A DNA stretch of 63,762 nucleotides, counting the filler, from Lenisia limosa (Eukaryota; Protista; Breviatea), in the NCBI GenBank assembly GCA_001655205.1. It is 13 parts of 13 records of this genome, joined end to end, with 100 filler letters (N's around TTAATTAATTAA, not from the genome) between each part and the next. Parts side by side here need not be neighbours in the genome. Positions count along the whole stretch, not along the records: positions 62,238 to 63,762 come from LPNZ01009678.1; 12 more parts are not named here. One strand, 5' to 3'. The position numbers and the translations under genes are program-made. The notes beneath the pieces were generated by a model. The model ran no database searches and was not told where the DNA came from. It saw only the letters and a list, made by a program, of their open reading frames with translations. This document shows, piece after piece, positions 62,800 through 63,762 of the stretch; position 1 is the first letter of the stretch, and every line of letters begins with the position of its first letter.

Positions 62800-63610
62800 T
62801 AAATCATAGGATACTACAACAATCACAACAGTCCGTGGCAACCCCCCATACACTCAAGAATATAACAATCATAAAACATCTACCTCCCACATTGCAGACA
62901 AGCCAGCCGCATAGTGGCCTCCTCAGTCATAGCAGCCAGGGCGCGACCGGAGTGCACAGAGCTGTCTTTGGCCAATAGGCTCAGGAAGGCCTTGTTTGTG
63001 GCCTGGGCTGCTCTATATATATATATATAAGGATAGAGGGGGAGCAACATTGAAAAATTCATGAAACAAAAAAGCCCAAATCAACACTGTGGCTGACAAC
63101 AACACACGAGGCCTAATAACGAAACTATAGATGAGTACGATTTACTAGCATATCCTTTTATCCTGCAAAGACAAAAAAACAATTCCGATAATCCTCAAAC
63201 ATACCGCCCTCCCCTCCCCGCACTGTTTTTCAGCATCCGAGGCAGGAGGCAGGGCAGATGTCTCTACAAAGGGCTTGTCAGCCTGGGGGGGGGGGGGNNN
63301 NNNNNNNNNNNNNNNNNNNNNNNNNNNNNNNNNNNNNNNNNNNNNNNNNNNNNNNNNNNNNNNNNNNNNNNNNNNNNNNNNNNNNNNNNNNNNNNNNNNN
63401 NNNNNNNNNNNNNNNNNNNNNNNNNNNNNNNNNNNNNNNNNNNNNNNNNNNNNNNNNNNNNNNNNNNNNNNNNNNNNNNNNNNNNNNNNNNNNNNNNNAC
63501 AGAAGTTCCAGCGTATTTCTTCAGCTCAGCGGCTGTGGCAGTTTTCTTCTTGATCTTCTTCACAATCTGTGGGATTGTTAATACACTTCGGCGCATTGAC
63601 TTTGGGTTCT
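62800..63610 (-). CDS. Hypothetical protein, internal exons
   Basis: Exons SMRRSVLTIPQIVKKIKKKTATAAELKKYAGTS, ADKPFVETSALPPASDAEK and AAQATNKAFLSLLAKDSSVHSGRALAAMTEEATMRLACLQ have GT/AG borders. Confidence 0.5.
63050..63118 (-). repeat. Intron 3'-end cassette (family C) in a minus-strand gene
   Basis: The reverse complement CCTCGTGTGTTGTTGTCAGCCACAGTGTTGATTTGGGCTTTTTTGTTTCATGAATTTTTCAATGTTGCTCCCCC lies upstream of the minus-strand acceptor of exon AAQATNK. Confidence 0.8.
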
Positions 63611-63762
63611 TGTAAAAACGTTGGAATTCCCATATTTTACATGGGAATCCATTGAAATTTTATGGTAATTCGAAGAAATGTATGGAATTCCCATATATAG
63701 CTATTATGGGTCGGTATTTAAACACTAAAGGGTTCAAAGCAACAACACAAGATTCTCGATAA

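Noticed and set aside
132-63596. Long ORFs in the supplied track that run through X stretches
   Set aside because: They are created by masked N runs, and the real coding sequence is fragmented by many introns. The ORF track was used only as a guide.

Overview
This is eukaryotic DNA, probably from a protist, and it is intron-dense. The window is not one locus: about 13 contigs are joined by 12 artificial 100-nt linkers (N44-TTAATTAATTAA-N44), and further low-complexity tracts are hard-masked. Adjacency across linkers therefore has no biological meaning, and all gene models here were spliced by hand. Recognisable genes are a Rictor-like protein, a class-3 aldehyde dehydrogenase, a Myb/AT-hook factor, an AT-hook protein, an ELL-like protein, a DOCK180-family GEF, a multi-ASH (Hydin-like) protein, a TOG-domain protein, an RRM protein and two identical tRNA-Gly(GCC) genes. 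Several multi-exon hypothetical genes are also present, including a ~10.6-kb AT-rich polytopic membrane-protein gene. The most unusual signal is non-coding. A conserved ~85-nt cassette recurs about a dozen times at the 3' end of long introns, nearly always in the host gene's sense orientation and just upstream of the AG acceptor, and these long introns often open with GT plus a G-tract and close with a C-tract. There are also two MITE families (one very abundant, and one case of nesting), a ~45-bp dispersed motif, and repeated tandem duplications that span splice sites.
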